From NCBI GenBank assembly GCA_050875145.1, contig JBNMLH010000006.1, positions 41,592-105,591 of the forward strand: a stretch of 64,000 nt of DNA, given 5' to 3'. The DNA comes from Lachnospiraceae bacterium (GTDB lineage: Bacteria > Bacillota > Clostridia > Lachnospirales > Lachnospiraceae). A model generated the notes under the pieces. The model was given only the letters and a program-made list of their open reading frames with translations, made no database searches and was not told where the DNA came from. A program made the position numbers and the translations under genes. Of the stretch, positions 10,156-20,170 are shown one piece after another; within the stretch, counting starts at the first letter, position 1; each line of letters starts with the position of its first letter.

Positions 10156-10335
10156 ATGTCAATCTGTCCAAAGAATAAATCATCTAAAGGAAGAAGAGAT
10201 AGTCGTAGAGCAAACTGGAAAATGACTGCTCCAAACTTAGTTAAATGTAGCAAATGCGGAGAGTTAATGCTTCCACATAGAGTATGCAAGGCTTGCGGTT
10301 CGTACAATAAAAAAGAAATCGTAGCAGTTGACTAA
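10156..10335 (+). CDS. rpmF: 50S ribosomal protein L32
   Basis: ATG 10156 follows GAGGAGG. The sequence has PKNKSSKGRRDSRRANWK and the CxxC...CxxC zinc ribbon (CSKCGE...CKACG). Confidence 0.93.
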   Translation: MSICPKNKSSKGRRDSRRANWKMTAPNLVKCSKCGELMLPHRVCKACGSYNKKEIVAVD

Positions 10336-10350
10336 TCTTTCAAAACGATA

Positions 10351-10390
10351 AAATCAAGGGTTGCGCTTTGCGTACCCCTTGATTTTTTTT
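10351..10390 (+). terminator. Rho-independent terminator after rpmF
   Basis: Stem TCAAGGG / CCCTTGA is followed by T8. Confidence 0.75.
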
Positions 10391-10438
10391 ACCTGCGTGA
10401 GCAATGTACAAAAGTCCATGTAAGGGAGGGAAAACAGT

Positions 10439-12040
10439 ATGGAAGAACAAAAACGAAAATATTGGAGTGATCCGGTGATTGATGAGGAAAGAATGCTGAA
10501 TCGTATGACTGGACGTATAAAAAACAGTCTTAGTGGTTTTTTGCGTGTATGTGTTGTGGCTTTATTTGTTGCATTTCAAATGCTTTTATTATTACTGCTA
10601 CCCTTTTTGTTACATCAATATACGGTTTATTTTTATGTTATTTTGGAAATTGTCAGTTTAATTGTGATTATTTCGCTTATTAATGATATGAGGAGTCCTG
10701 CATATAAAATCGCATGGATTGCTATCTGTCTTGCTTTGCCTTTGTCTGGAGAGATTATGTATTTGTTGTGGGGAAAGACTGATACAAACAAGAAGATAAA
10801 TGCAAAGCTATTGAAAGTGTTGGAGCATGGGGATATATACAAAGAATATGATAGGCAGTTAGAACAGGAGTTTCAGGAAAAACATCCATTTCGTAGTAGG
10901 ATGTCAGCCTACTTAGTTTCTGAGGGATTTCCACTTACTAGAAATAATGACATTCAATATTTTTCTATGGGTGAGGATGCTTTTGAAAGTATGCTTGCTG
11001 ACTTAGATAAAGCGGAACGTTTTATATTGATAGATTTTTTTATTGTAGCGGAAGGTGCACTTTGGGATGCTATTCATGAAGTATGTTTAAGAAAAATCAA
11101 AGAAGGCGTGGAAGTCAAATTTATGTATGATGATTTTGGCGCAATGATACGAACAAACAAATACTTTGCAAAAGATTTGAGAGAAGAAGGTTTTCAGGTT
11201 ACGATATTTAATCCAATTCATAAATATACAGATAAATTATATATGAATTACCGTACCCATCAAAAGATTGTAGTAATTGATGGAAATATTGGATATACGG
11301 GAGGATTTAACATTGCGGATGAATATGCTAACTTGATTCAGCGTTTTGGAGTTTGGAAAGATACAGGTGTTCGTGTGGTAGGAGATGCGGTTTGGTGGAT
11401 GACAGTAACCTTTTTACAAATGTGGGAAATGGGAAATGAAAAGGTTTGCGAAGATTTTGAAAAATACAGACCATCTATGGAATTTCCTCAAAACGATGTG
11501 TATTGTCATGTTCTGGCTGATGGCCCCATTAATAAACACAATCCGATTGAAATGGTGTATGGGCAGATGATACAGTATGCTAGAAAATATTTATATGTTA
11601 TGACACCGTATTTGATTATTGAAAAGGACATGCAGGATGCTTTAATATTAGCAGTAAAGAGTGGAGTAGATGTGCGCATTATTACTCCTTATATTCCAGA
11701 TAAAAAATCGGTAAAACTTGTGACAAACTATAATTACGGCTTTTTACTTGCAAATGGTGTGCGTATTTTTGAGTACAAGCCGGGATTTATTCATGCGAAA
11801 TGTATTTTAAACGAAGAATTTGCAATTGTGGGAAGTATAAATATGGATTATCGAAGCTTTTATTTGCATTATGAGAATGGTATCTGGATTTCTAATCAGG
11901 AAGTTGTTAAAAAGATTCGCAAGGATTTTGATGATACCTTTTCTGTATGTGAAGAAGTGACATATGAGCAATGGCTTACAAGACCTACAAGTATGAAGGT
12001 GAAGCAGGCGTTTCTAAATGTATTCTCCACATTATTATAA
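10439..12040 (+). CDS. cls: Cardiolipin synthase
   Basis: 533 aa with N-terminal TM helices. The two HKD motifs are THQKIVVIDGNIGYTGGFN and IHAKCILNEEFAIVGSINMD. Confidence 0.9.
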   Translation: MEEQKRKYWSDPVIDEERMLNRMTGRIKNSLSGFLRVCVVALFVAFQMLLLLLLPFLLHQYTVYFYVILEIVSLIVIISLINDMRSPAYKIAWIAICLALPLSGEIMYLLWGKTDTNKKINAKLLKVLEHGDIYKEYDRQLEQEFQEKHPFRSRMSAYLVSEGFPLTRNNDIQYFSMGEDAFESMLADLDKAERFILIDFFIVAEGALWDAIHEVCLRKIKEGVEVKFMYDDFGAMIRTNKYFAKDLREEGFQVTIFNPIHKYTDKLYMNYRTHQKIVVIDGNIGYTGGFNIADEYANLIQRFGVWKDTGVRVVGDAVWWMTVTFLQMWEMGNEKVCEDFEKYRPSMEFPQNDVYCHVLADGPINKHNPIEMVYGQMIQYARKYLYVMTPYLIIEKDMQDALILAVKSGVDVRIITPYIPDKKSVKLVTNYNYGFLLANGVRIFEYKPGFIHAKCILNEEFAIVGSINMDYRSFYLHYENGIWISNQEVVKKIRKDFDDTFSVCEEVTYEQWLTRPTSMKVKQAFLNVFSTLL

Positions 12041-12057
12041 GAAATGAGGAACACAGA

Positions 12058-12666
12058 ATGATAACCTATATAAAAGGGCTGTTAGAAGAGATAGAGCCAG
12101 AACAGATTGTGATTGATAATGGTGGCATAGGCTACCGAATTATGGTGCCTGCCAGTATGATACAAAGACTACCAGGCATAGGTGAACCTGTAAAAATTCA
12201 CACTTATATGCATGTAAGAGAAGATGCTATGCAATTATTTGGCTTTCTTACTAAGGCAGATCTTTTGATGTTTAAATTGTTGATTACCGTCAATGGAATT
12301 GGACCAAGAGGTGCGCTGGGAGTTTTGTCTGTGCTATCTGCCAATGATTTAAAGTTTGCAATTTTAGCAGGAGATATAAAAACCATTTGTTCAGCACCTG
12401 GAATCGGGAAGAAAACAGCAGAAAAAACAGTTTTGGAATTAAAGGATAAAATAAAACTGGAGGATGCCTTTGAAGAAAAATTACAGGAAACAGAGCAGAT
12501 GGAAGAGAATGGAGAATTACAAAATATTCGACAGGATGCTACCGAAGCGTTAGTTGCATTGGGATATTCTCAGACAGAGGCATTGAAGGCGGTGCGAGGA
12601 ATCGATGTAACACCGGATATGGATGCAGAGCAATTGTTAAAGCTTAGCTTAAAGAAGTTATTATAA
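12058..12666 (+). CDS. ruvA: Holliday junction branch migration complex subunit RuvA
   Basis: ATG 12058 gives the canonical MITYIKG N-terminus. HhH motifs are present (NGIGPRGA, PGIGKKTAEK). The track start 11971 would overlap cls. Confidence 0.92.
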   Translation: MITYIKGLLEEIEPEQIVIDNGGIGYRIMVPASMIQRLPGIGEPVKIHTYMHVREDAMQLFGFLTKADLLMFKLLITVNGIGPRGALGVLSVLSANDLKFAILAGDIKTICSAPGIGKKTAEKTVLELKDKIKLEDAFEEKLQETEQMEENGELQNIRQDATEALVALGYSQTEALKAVRGIDVTPDMDAEQLLKLSLKKLL

Positions 12667-12678
12667 GGTGGTGTGAAG

Positions 12679-13680
12679 ATGAAAAAGCGTGTGATTACAA
12701 CAGAGCTTCAATCAGAGGACTATAAAATTGAAAATAGTTTACGCCCTAAATTATTGTCCGATTATATTGGACAGGAAAAGATTAAGGGAAAGCTAAAGGT
12801 TTATATGGAAGCGGCAAAAATGCGTGAGGAATCTCTTGACCATGTGCTGTTTTATGGACCACCTGGATTAGGTAAGACAACACTTGCAACTATTATTGCA
12901 AATGAAATGGATGTAAATATCAAAATTACATCTGGACCAGCAATTGAAAAACCTGGTGAAATGGCTGCAATTTTAAATAATTTGCAGGAGGGGGATGTGT
13001 TATTCGTAGACGAGATACATCGATTAAACCGTCAAGTGGAAGAGGTATTGTATCCCGCAATGGAGGATTATTCCATAGATGTTGTGATTGGAAAAGATAC
13101 CTCTGCTCGTTCGATACGATTGGATTTGCCTAAATTTACACTGGTAGGAGCTACGACGCGAGTAGGAATGCTTACCGCACCACTTAGAGATCGTTTTGGT
13201 GTAATTGAACGATTACAGTATTATGAAGTAGAGGAGTTAAAGCAGATTGTAATGCGTTCTGCAAAACTGTTTAAAACGGAAATTGAACAAGAGGGAGCTA
13301 CTGAAATTGCAAGGCGTTCCAGAGGAACACCAAGACTTGCAAATCGACTTTTAAAACGTGTCAGAGATTTTGCACAGGTTCGTTATGATGGAGAGATAAC
13401 AAAAAAAGTTGTAGATGAAACGTTGGATTTATTGGAAGTAGATAAGCTTGGTTTGGATCATTTAGACAGAGGAATACTGGAGACTATGATTGAAAAATTC
13501 AATGGTGGACCGGTAGGATTGGACACATTAGCAGCATCCTTAGGGGAGGATTCTGGAACTATAGAGGATGTATACGAACCATACTTATTACAAGAAGGAT
13601 TACTTACCCGTACTCCAAGAGGAAGAATGGTAACGAATAAGGCATATGGACATTTGGGGCTTGAGATAAATCGAGAGTGA
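12679..13680 (+). CDS. ruvB: Holliday junction DNA helicase RuvB
   Basis: Walker A is [11 protein letters not shown], followed by DEIHRL and [14 protein letters not shown] 12673 is an alternative start. Confidence 0.95.
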   Translation: MKKRVITTELQSEDYKIENSLRPKLLSDYIGQEKIKGKLKVYMEAAKMREESLDHVLFYGPPGLGKTTLATIIANEMDVNIKITSGPAIEKPGEMAAILNNLQEGDVLFVDEIHRLNRQVEEVLYPAMEDYSIDVVIGKDTSARSIRLDLPKFTLVGATTRVGMLTAPLRDRFGVIERLQYYEVEELKQIVMRSAKLFKTEIEQEGATEIARRSRGTPRLANRLLKRVRDFAQVRYDGEITKKVVDETLDLLEVDKLGLDHLDRGILETMIEKFNGGPVGLDTLAASLGEDSGTIEDVYEPYLLQEGLLTRTPRGRMVTNKAYGHLGLEINRE

Positions 13681-13766
13681 ATCTTTGGTTGATTATAGAC
13701 GCTTTTTTCGTTATAATGTAATTTGTACATTAAGAGCGGATAAAATTTGGAAAGGTTGAGAATGAA

Positions 13767-14183
13767 ATGAATCAAAAGAATGATATACAAGTTACAATCA
13801 ATGGAAAACAGTATGTATTAGCTGGATATGAAAGTGATGAATATTTACAGAGAGTAGCAGCTTATATCAATCATAAATACGTTGAATTTAAAAGCCAGGA
13901 AGGATATAATGTGCTGGATGCAGATATGCGTAATGTTCTGATGCAGATTAATATTACAGATGATTATTTTAAAGCGCAGCAGAGAGTGAATGAATTGTCT
14001 GATGTGATTACACAAAAAGATCGGGAATTATTTGAGCTTCGTCATGAAATTATTGGATACAAGACACAGGTAGAAGATTTGCAAAATCAGACAGATGTGT
14101 TGAAAGATAAAAGCTTGGAAGAGCAGAAGAAAATAATCAAGCTGGAAGCAGAGTTAGAGAGTGGCAAACCAAAACGAAAATAG
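13767..14183 (+). CDS. zapA: Cell division protein ZapA-like with a C-terminal coiled coil
   Basis: 138 aa. The N-terminus VTINGKQYVLAGYESDEYLQRVAAYINHKY fits the ZapA pattern, and the C-terminal half looks like a heptad-rich coiled coil. Confidence 0.6.
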   Translation: MNQKNDIQVTINGKQYVLAGYESDEYLQRVAAYINHKYVEFKSQEGYNVLDADMRNVLMQINITDDYFKAQQRVNELSDVITQKDRELFELRHEIIGYKTQVEDLQNQTDVLKDKSLEEQKKIIKLEAELESGKPKRK

Positions 14184-14194
14184 AGAGTATGTTG

Positions 14195-14240
14195 ATAGGT
14201 CGACGGTAGAAATATTAGTCGACCTATGTGCTTTTGTTTG
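14195..14240 (+). terminator. Hairpin terminator after zapA
   Basis: A perfect 10-bp stem ATAGGTCGAC / GTCGACCTAT is followed by a T-rich tract (GCTTTTGTTT). Confidence 0.55.
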
Positions 14241-14254
14241 AGAGGAACGATTAT

Positions 14255-16702
14255 ATGAGAAAAATAGAAATATTGGCACCTGCAGGTTCTTATGAAAGCT
14301 TGTGTGGTGCAATCAATGGTGGTTGTGATGCAGTTTATCTGGGTGGAAACCGATTTGGTGCTCGTGCATTTGCAGAAAATTTTGATCGGGAAACCATGCT
14401 TCGTGCTATTGATTATGTTCATATGTTTGATAAAAAGATTTATTTGACAGTCAATACTTTGCTTCAAAATGAAGAGATAGAGGAAGAACTTTTCACATAT
14501 TTGGAGCCGTTTTATAAACAGGGATTGGATGCGGTAATTGTACAGGATGTAGGTGTGCTTTCGTTTATACATCGCAATTTTTCTGATTTGCCGATTCATG
14601 CCAGTACACAAATGACTTTTACTACAGAACAGGGAGGAGAATTTTTAAAAAAGTATGGAGTGACCCGTTTTGTTACATCTAGAGAGCTAAGTGCAGCCGA
14701 GATAACAGATATGCGGAAACGTACGGATTTAGAAATTGAGACATTTGTACATGGAGCATTATGTTATTGTTATTCTGGGCAATGTTTTATGAGCAGTATG
14801 ATTGGTGGCAGAAGTGGAAATCGAGGACGATGTGCACAACCATGCAGAATGCCATATAAGGTGGAGACGGCACAGGGAGAAAGGGTGAAAACAGCACCTT
14901 ACGTTTTAAGTCCTAAAGATATATGCACGTTAGATAAAATTCCGGAAATAGTCAATGCAGGAATCGATTCTTTTAAAATAGAAGGACGAATGAAAAAACC
15001 GGAATATGCAGCATATACTTCCTATTTGTATCGAAAATATACAGACCTGTATTTAGAATATGGGAAAGACTATTTTTCCTATATAAAAAAGCATAAAAAA
15101 GAATTGGAGTATGATTATACTTGTCTGATGGATTTATACAATAGAGGTGGTTTTTCAGACGGATACTTTTTCAAAAGAAATGGGCCGGCTATGATGTCTA
15201 TGGTTCGTCCAAATCATAGTGGTGTTTTAGTTGGAAAAGTGGAAAGAGTAAAGAAAAATAGAGTAGCTATTGGGCTGGAACAGGATATTTATGCACAGGA
15301 TGTATTAGAATTTAGAAAAGAGAACGGTCAGGTTTTATATGAGTATACAGTAAAAGATAATGTGTTTGCGAAACAAGGAAAATATACCGAGACAAATACG
15401 AAACCAGGTTCTAATATTTTAGTGGGAACAAAGGTTTTTCGGACTAGAAGAAATGATCTGTTAAAGAAAATACAGGAAGAAATTTTGCAAAAACAAAGAA
15501 AAATTCCGGTTCGATTTTTGCTGAATGTAAAGCAAGGAGAACCGCTAAAATTGTCAATATCAAAGGACGATTGTACAGCAGTAGTATATGGAGAAGTGGT
15601 GGAAGGAGCAAAATCACAGCCAATTACAAAAGAAAAGATACAAAAACAGCTTGGTAAACTAAATACTACTATTTTTGAGATGGAAGATTGTCAGATAAAA
15701 ATGGATGAACAGGTTTTTATTCCAGTAGGACAATTGAATGAAATCAGAAGGAATGGGCTGTCTGTTTTAGAAGATAAGATTATAGAACAATATAAAAGAG
15801 CTGCGGTGAAAGAGAGCGGATGTCCAAAGCAACAAGGACAAGAAGAATATAAAGGAATTGTTGTATCCGTTAATACAAAGGAACAGGCGATGGCAGCAGC
15901 GCAAATAGAAGCAGTGGCAGAGGTATTCTACGATTTGGGGAATATGGAGGATGAGGATATTTTGAATATTCTACAATTGTCGAATAAGAAATGTTATCTG
16001 ATGTTGCCTGCTATTATTCGAGAAAAAGAGTATATGTTCTATGCTAATGCTTTGCAGAATGCTTATAAGAAAAAGAAATGTGAAACTGTGTTAGAGAAGA
16101 TTTTATCCTGTGAGCAGGTGGCAGGTTTTGTGCTGAAGAATTATGAAAGTGTGATGTTGTTTAAAAAGTGGGTAGCACCATATACGGATAAACAGGGAAG
16201 ATTGGATTACAATATGTATACCTGCAATCAGGAGGCAAAAGTCTTTTGGCAAGAGAATGGAGTAGAACACAGCACAGCTTCGATAGAATTAAACGGTGCA
16301 GAGTGGAAAAGGAATGGATGTCAGAGACAGGATATAATTGTTTATGGAAGACCTGCTATTATGACAAGTGCTCAATGTGTATATAAAAATACGAAGCATT
16401 GTGTAAAAGAACAGACGAGACTTTTGCTGCAGGATAAATTTAAAAAAGAATACTGGAGTTTAAATCGTTGCAAATTTTGTTATAATCAGATTTATGAAAC
16501 AGAGCCGATTTCATTGCATGAGTATATAGATGAAGTCCTTTCCTGTAAACCGGAGCATATTCGCATTGATTTCTTAACGGAGTCGGAACATGAGACGGAA
16601 CAAATTATAAAATATTACGCAGATATATTGAACAAGAGAGAAGTGGTAAAATGTCCAGTATCATCCTATCATACAGGGCATTTTAGAAAGGGAGTAAAGT
16701 AG
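14255..16702 (+). CDS. U32 family peptidase-like protein (collagenase-like, long form)
   Basis: ATG 14255 follows GAGAGGAA. The N-terminus is IEILAPAGSYESLCGAINGGCDAVYLGGNRFGARAFAENF, with the EGRMK and Cys-rich CAQPCR motifs of the U32 family. Confidence 0.85.
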   Translation: MRKIEILAPAGSYESLCGAINGGCDAVYLGGNRFGARAFAENFDRETMLRAIDYVHMFDKKIYLTVNTLLQNEEIEEELFTYLEPFYKQGLDAVIVQDVGVLSFIHRNFSDLPIHASTQMTFTTEQGGEFLKKYGVTRFVTSRELSAAEITDMRKRTDLEIETFVHGALCYCYSGQCFMSSMIGGRSGNRGRCAQPCRMPYKVETAQGERVKTAPYVLSPKDICTLDKIPEIVNAGIDSFKIEGRMKKPEYAAYTSYLYRKYTDLYLEYGKDYFSYIKKHKKELEYDYTCLMDLYNRGGFSDGYFFKRNGPAMMSMVRPNHSGVLVGKVERVKKNRVAIGLEQDIYAQDVLEFRKENGQVLYEYTVKDNVFAKQGKYTETNTKPGSNILVGTKVFRTRRNDLLKKIQEEILQKQRKIPVRFLLNVKQGEPLKLSISKDDCTAVVYGEVVEGAKSQPITKEKIQKQLGKLNTTIFEMEDCQIKMDEQVFIPVGQLNEIRRNGLSVLEDKIIEQYKRAAVKESGCPKQQGQEEYKGIVVSVNTKEQAMAAAQIEAVAEVFYDLGNMEDEDILNILQLSNKKCYLMLPAIIREKEYMFYANALQNAYKKKKCETVLEKILSCEQVAGFVLKNYESVMLFKKWVAPYTDKQGRLDYNMYTCNQEAKVFWQENGVEHSTASIELNGAEWKRNGCQRQDIIVYGRPAIMTSAQCVYKNTKHCVKEQTRLLLQDKFKKEYWSLNRCKFCYNQIYETEPISLHEYIDEVLSCKPEHIRIDFLTESEHETEQIIKYYADILNKREVVKCPVSSYHTGHFRKGVK

Positions 16703-16711
16703 GTGTAAATT

Positions 16712-18058
16712 TTGGAAATTGTAATAACAGAATTATCGCGGTATTTTATCGCTATATTAATGGCGTTATATACCTTTTGGGGGTTTCGTACCTTTGCTGC
16801 GAAAAAGAAAAAAAAGGCGAGATTAGTTAGAAAACAAAAAATGATAATGTATTTATTTCACTTTCTTGGATATGCCATTATTTATTTAAATGAAATGGAT
16901 ACAACAATATTAGGTTTGTACGGATGTGAATTATTGTTTTTAATATTTTTTGGAGTTATTTATAAGCATTTGTACCAAAGGGAGAATCAACCGATTATTT
17001 GTCATATGCAAATGTTGTTTTCAATTAGTATGGTAATGCTTGGTCGGTTGAATCTGGATAGTGTAAAGCATCAATTTCTTTATATGGTGATTGGAATGGT
17101 AGTATGTTTGCTTTTGCCATGGGTATTGGAACATTATACCAAGTTAGAATTGGACGGTTGGTTCTATGCAGTACTTGGTGTGATTGTTTTATTGATTGTT
17201 TTATTTTTCGGTAATGAAAAATATGGAGCAAAGAACTGGCTTACATTAGGACCGGTCGTATTACAACCATCGGAATTTGTAAAAATCCTTTTTGTATTTG
17301 CCTTTGCCTCTATTTTATCTCATGAAGTGTTAAATTTTCATAATGTCATTAAAATTTCTGCTATGGCAGCCGTATTTGTTTTAATTCTTGTATTGGAAAA
17401 AGACTTAGGTGGTGCAGTTATTTTCTTTATCTGCTATTTGTTTATGCTATTTGTGGCAACTGGACAGGCGGTGTATTTGCTGGGAGGTTTATTGTCTGGG
17501 TCTGGGGCAGCAGTGGTAGCTTACTTTTTATTTTCCCATGTACGAACCCGTGTAATTGCATGGAGGGATCCTTGGAGTACGATCAATAACCAGGGATATC
17601 AGGTCGCACAATCTCTTTTTGCTATTGGCACAGGTGGATGGTTTGGAATGGGATTGACTCAGGGAATGCCAAAAACAATCCCAATTAGGGAAAGTGATTT
17701 TATATTTGCGGCAATTGCAGAAGAACTTGGAGCATTTTTTTCAATTTGTTTGATTTTGGTTTATTTGATTTGTTTCATTTGGTTTATAAATGTGACAGTT
17801 AAGGTTAAAAAAACGTTCTATAAGCTTGTTGCACTAGGGTTTAGTGTAATTATTATGTTTCAGACTTTTTTGACTTTGGGTGGTGTTACGAAATTTATTC
17901 CATCCACAGGTGTCACGTTACCTTTGGTTAGTGCGGGTGGTAGTTCTGTGTTGAGTATGATTTTTATGTTTTGTACCATTGCCAGCATTAATCTTATAAA
18001 CAGCAAGGAGGTAGAGGAAAATGTCGTTGAGCAGACGCAAGAAAGCGAAGGCGAATGA
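16712..18058 (+). CDS. FtsW/RodA/SpoVE (SEDS) family peptidoglycan glycosyltransferase
   Basis: 448 aa, polytopic, TTG start. The SEDS signature region is QGYQVAQSLFAIGTGGWFGMGL ... ESDFIFAAIAEELG. Confidence 0.88.
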   Translation: MEIVITELSRYFIAILMALYTFWGFRTFAAKKKKKARLVRKQKMIMYLFHFLGYAIIYLNEMDTTILGLYGCELLFLIFFGVIYKHLYQRENQPIICHMQMLFSISMVMLGRLNLDSVKHQFLYMVIGMVVCLLLPWVLEHYTKLELDGWFYAVLGVIVLLIVLFFGNEKYGAKNWLTLGPVVLQPSEFVKILFVFAFASILSHEVLNFHNVIKISAMAAVFVLILVLEKDLGGAVIFFICYLFMLFVATGQAVYLLGGLLSGSGAAVVAYFLFSHVRTRVIAWRDPWSTINNQGYQVAQSLFAIGTGGWFGMGLTQGMPKTIPIRESDFIFAAIAEELGAFFSICLILVYLICFIWFINVTVKVKKTFYKLVALGFSVIIMFQTFLTLGGVTKFIPSTGVTLPLVSAGGSSVLSMIFMFCTIASINLINSKEVEENVVEQTQESEGE

Positions 18059-19487
18059 TAAAACAGCAGGAAAAAGAAAAAGCAGAAATGGGCAGGTAAT
18101 GGTTGTTACTTATATCTTTGTAGCTATGTTTATCGGACTGCTTGGATATTTCCTCTATTTTATGATTATAGATAGTAAAGATGTGATTAATAATTCTTAT
18201 AATCAGCGACAAAATTTGCTGGCTCAGCGTGTTGTCCGAGGAAAAATACTATCTAGTGATGGAAAGGTTTTGGCAGAAACCCGCACAAATACAGATGGTA
18301 GTGAAAATAGAAACTATCCTTATGGAAGTATATTTGCTCATGTGGTGGGACATTCTACAGAGGGAAAGACTGGTGTTGAGTTGATGGAGAATTTCAACTT
18401 GCTTACATCAAGTGGCAATCCTGTAGAAAATTTACAGCTGAGGCTAAAAGGGGAAAAGACAATTGGAGATAATGCTATTACGACCTTAAATGTGGATTTG
18501 CAGAAGCTTGCGTATGATGCATTGGGGAGCTATAGAGGAGCGATTGTTGTTTCAGAACCGTCTACAGGAAAGATATTGGCTATGGTTTCTAAGCCTGATT
18601 ATGATCCGAATCCCAGTTCATTAAATGTAAAATGGGACAGTCTTGTGCAGGATGCAGATAAAACATCTTGTTTGCTCAATCGAGCAACGCAGGGATTATA
18701 TCCGCCAGGCTCTACTTTTAAAATTTTTACAGCGTTGGAATATATTCGTGAACATAGTGATTACAATAAGTTTCAATATAATTGCAAAGGAACAGAAACG
18801 CAAGATGGTTTTACTGTAAACTGTTATAGAAATCATGTACATGGTAATCTTAATTTGAAAAATGCATTTGCAAAATCTTGTAATTCTTGCTTTGCATATT
18901 TGGGTACCCAGTTAAGTATAAATCAATTTAAAAAGAATAATGAGCAGATGCTGTTTAACAGGGATTTGCCAACTACTTTTGTATATAAAAAAAGTAGCTT
19001 TGTGTTGTCAAAAAATTCAAATAAAGAAGAAGTTATGCATACAGCAATGGGACAGGGAAAAACACAGATTACTCCATTACATTTAAATATGGTTACAGGT
19101 GCCATAGCAAATAAAGGAGTTATGATGAAATCCTATGTAGTGGATCATTTGGAAAACAGTGATGGTTCTGTTGTAAGACAGTATGAACCAAAGACAAGCG
19201 AGAATATTATGACAGAGGATGAAGCAAAAATTCTAACGAGTTTTATGAAAGAGGTTGTTTCTTCTGGAACGGCAACGTCTCTTTCTAACTTTTCTTATGC
19301 GGTTGCGGGGAAGACTGGATCAGCGGAGTATGATGCATCAGGTAGTTCCCATGCATGGTTTACAGGTTTTGCACCTGCCGATGACCCTAAAATTGCAGTG
19401 ACAATTGTGGTAGAAGGAATGGGAACAGGTAGTGAATACGCAGTTCCGATTTCAAAAAGAATTTTTCAATCCTATTTGGGAAATTAA
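18021..19487 (+). CDS. Class B penicillin-binding protein (transpeptidase)
   Basis: AAGGAGG RBS and an N-terminal TM anchor. Motifs are SxxK (GSTFK), SxN (SCN) and KTG (GKTGSAE). The start overlaps the SEDS gene by 38 nt. Confidence 0.9.
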   Translation: MSLSRRKKAKANDKTAGKRKSRNGQVMVVTYIFVAMFIGLLGYFLYFMIIDSKDVINNSYNQRQNLLAQRVVRGKILSSDGKVLAETRTNTDGSENRNYPYGSIFAHVVGHSTEGKTGVELMENFNLLTSSGNPVENLQLRLKGEKTIGDNAITTLNVDLQKLAYDALGSYRGAIVVSEPSTGKILAMVSKPDYDPNPSSLNVKWDSLVQDADKTSCLLNRATQGLYPPGSTFKIFTALEYIREHSDYNKFQYNCKGTETQDGFTVNCYRNHVHGNLNLKNAFAKSCNSCFAYLGTQLSINQFKKNNEQMLFNRDLPTTFVYKKSSFVLSKNSNKEEVMHTAMGQGKTQITPLHLNMVTGAIANKGVMMKSYVVDHLENSDGSVVRQYEPKTSENIMTEDEAKILTSFMKEVVSSGTATSLSNFSYAVAGKTGSAEYDASGSSHAWFTGFAPADDPKIAVTIVVEGMGTGSEYAVPISKRIFQSYLGN

Positions 19488-19497
19488 ATCGTTTCTA

Positions 19498-19526
19498 TTG
19501 AAAAATGGGCAAAAAAGGGTTATACT
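19498..19526 (+). promoter_or_regulatory. Putative sigma-A promoter upstream of the NUDIX gene
   Basis: TTGAAA (19498-19503), a 17-nt spacer, then TATACT (19521-19526). Confidence 0.45.
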
Positions 19527-19591
19527 GTGCTTAGCTTTATAGATACACACCAATTCATATTGCAATGCAATAAGAAACAGGAGGAATTGCG

Positions 19592-20044
19592 ATGGTTGAG
19601 GCAACGAGCTGTGGTGGTGTGGTAATTTTCAGAGGAAAAATTTTATTGCTGTATAAAAACTATAAGAACAAGTATGAAGGCTGGGTATTACCGAAAGGAA
19701 CGGTAGAAGAGGGCGAGGAATTTAATGAGACAGCTCTTCGTGAAGTGAAGGAAGAGACGGGTGTTAGCGCTTCTATTATCAAATATGTTGGAAAAAGCCA
19801 ATATACGTTCAATACACCACAGGATACAGTAGTAAAGAATGTTCATTGGTATTTAATGATGGCTGATAGTTATTATAGCAAACCACAACGGGAAGAATAT
19901 TTTTTAGATTCTGGTTATTACAAATTTCATGAGGCGTATCACCTTTTGAAGTTTTCCAATGAGAAGCAAATTTTAGATCGGGCATATAGTGAATATGTGG
20001 ATTTAAAGAAAAGCAACCTATGGGGTTCAAAGAAGTATTTTTAG
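19592..20044 (+). CDS. NUDIX hydrolase
   Basis: 150 aa. The Nudix box is GTVEEGEEFNETALREVKEETGV. Confidence 0.85.
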   Translation: MVEATSCGGVVIFRGKILLLYKNYKNKYEGWVLPKGTVEEGEEFNETALREVKEETGVSASIIKYVGKSQYTFNTPQDTVVKNVHWYLMMADSYYSKPQREEYFLDSGYYKFHEAYHLLKFSNEKQILDRAYSEYVDLKKSNLWGSKKYF

Positions 20045-20170
20045 ATGCGAAAGGAGGAGAGGAGCTATTATAGGCTCCTTTTCTTTATGTGATTTGTAGC
20101 AATTGAATAAGTAAATTAAGTGTATAATGGTAAGGGAAAGGCAAGAAAAATCTTAGAGAGGATGAGTGGA

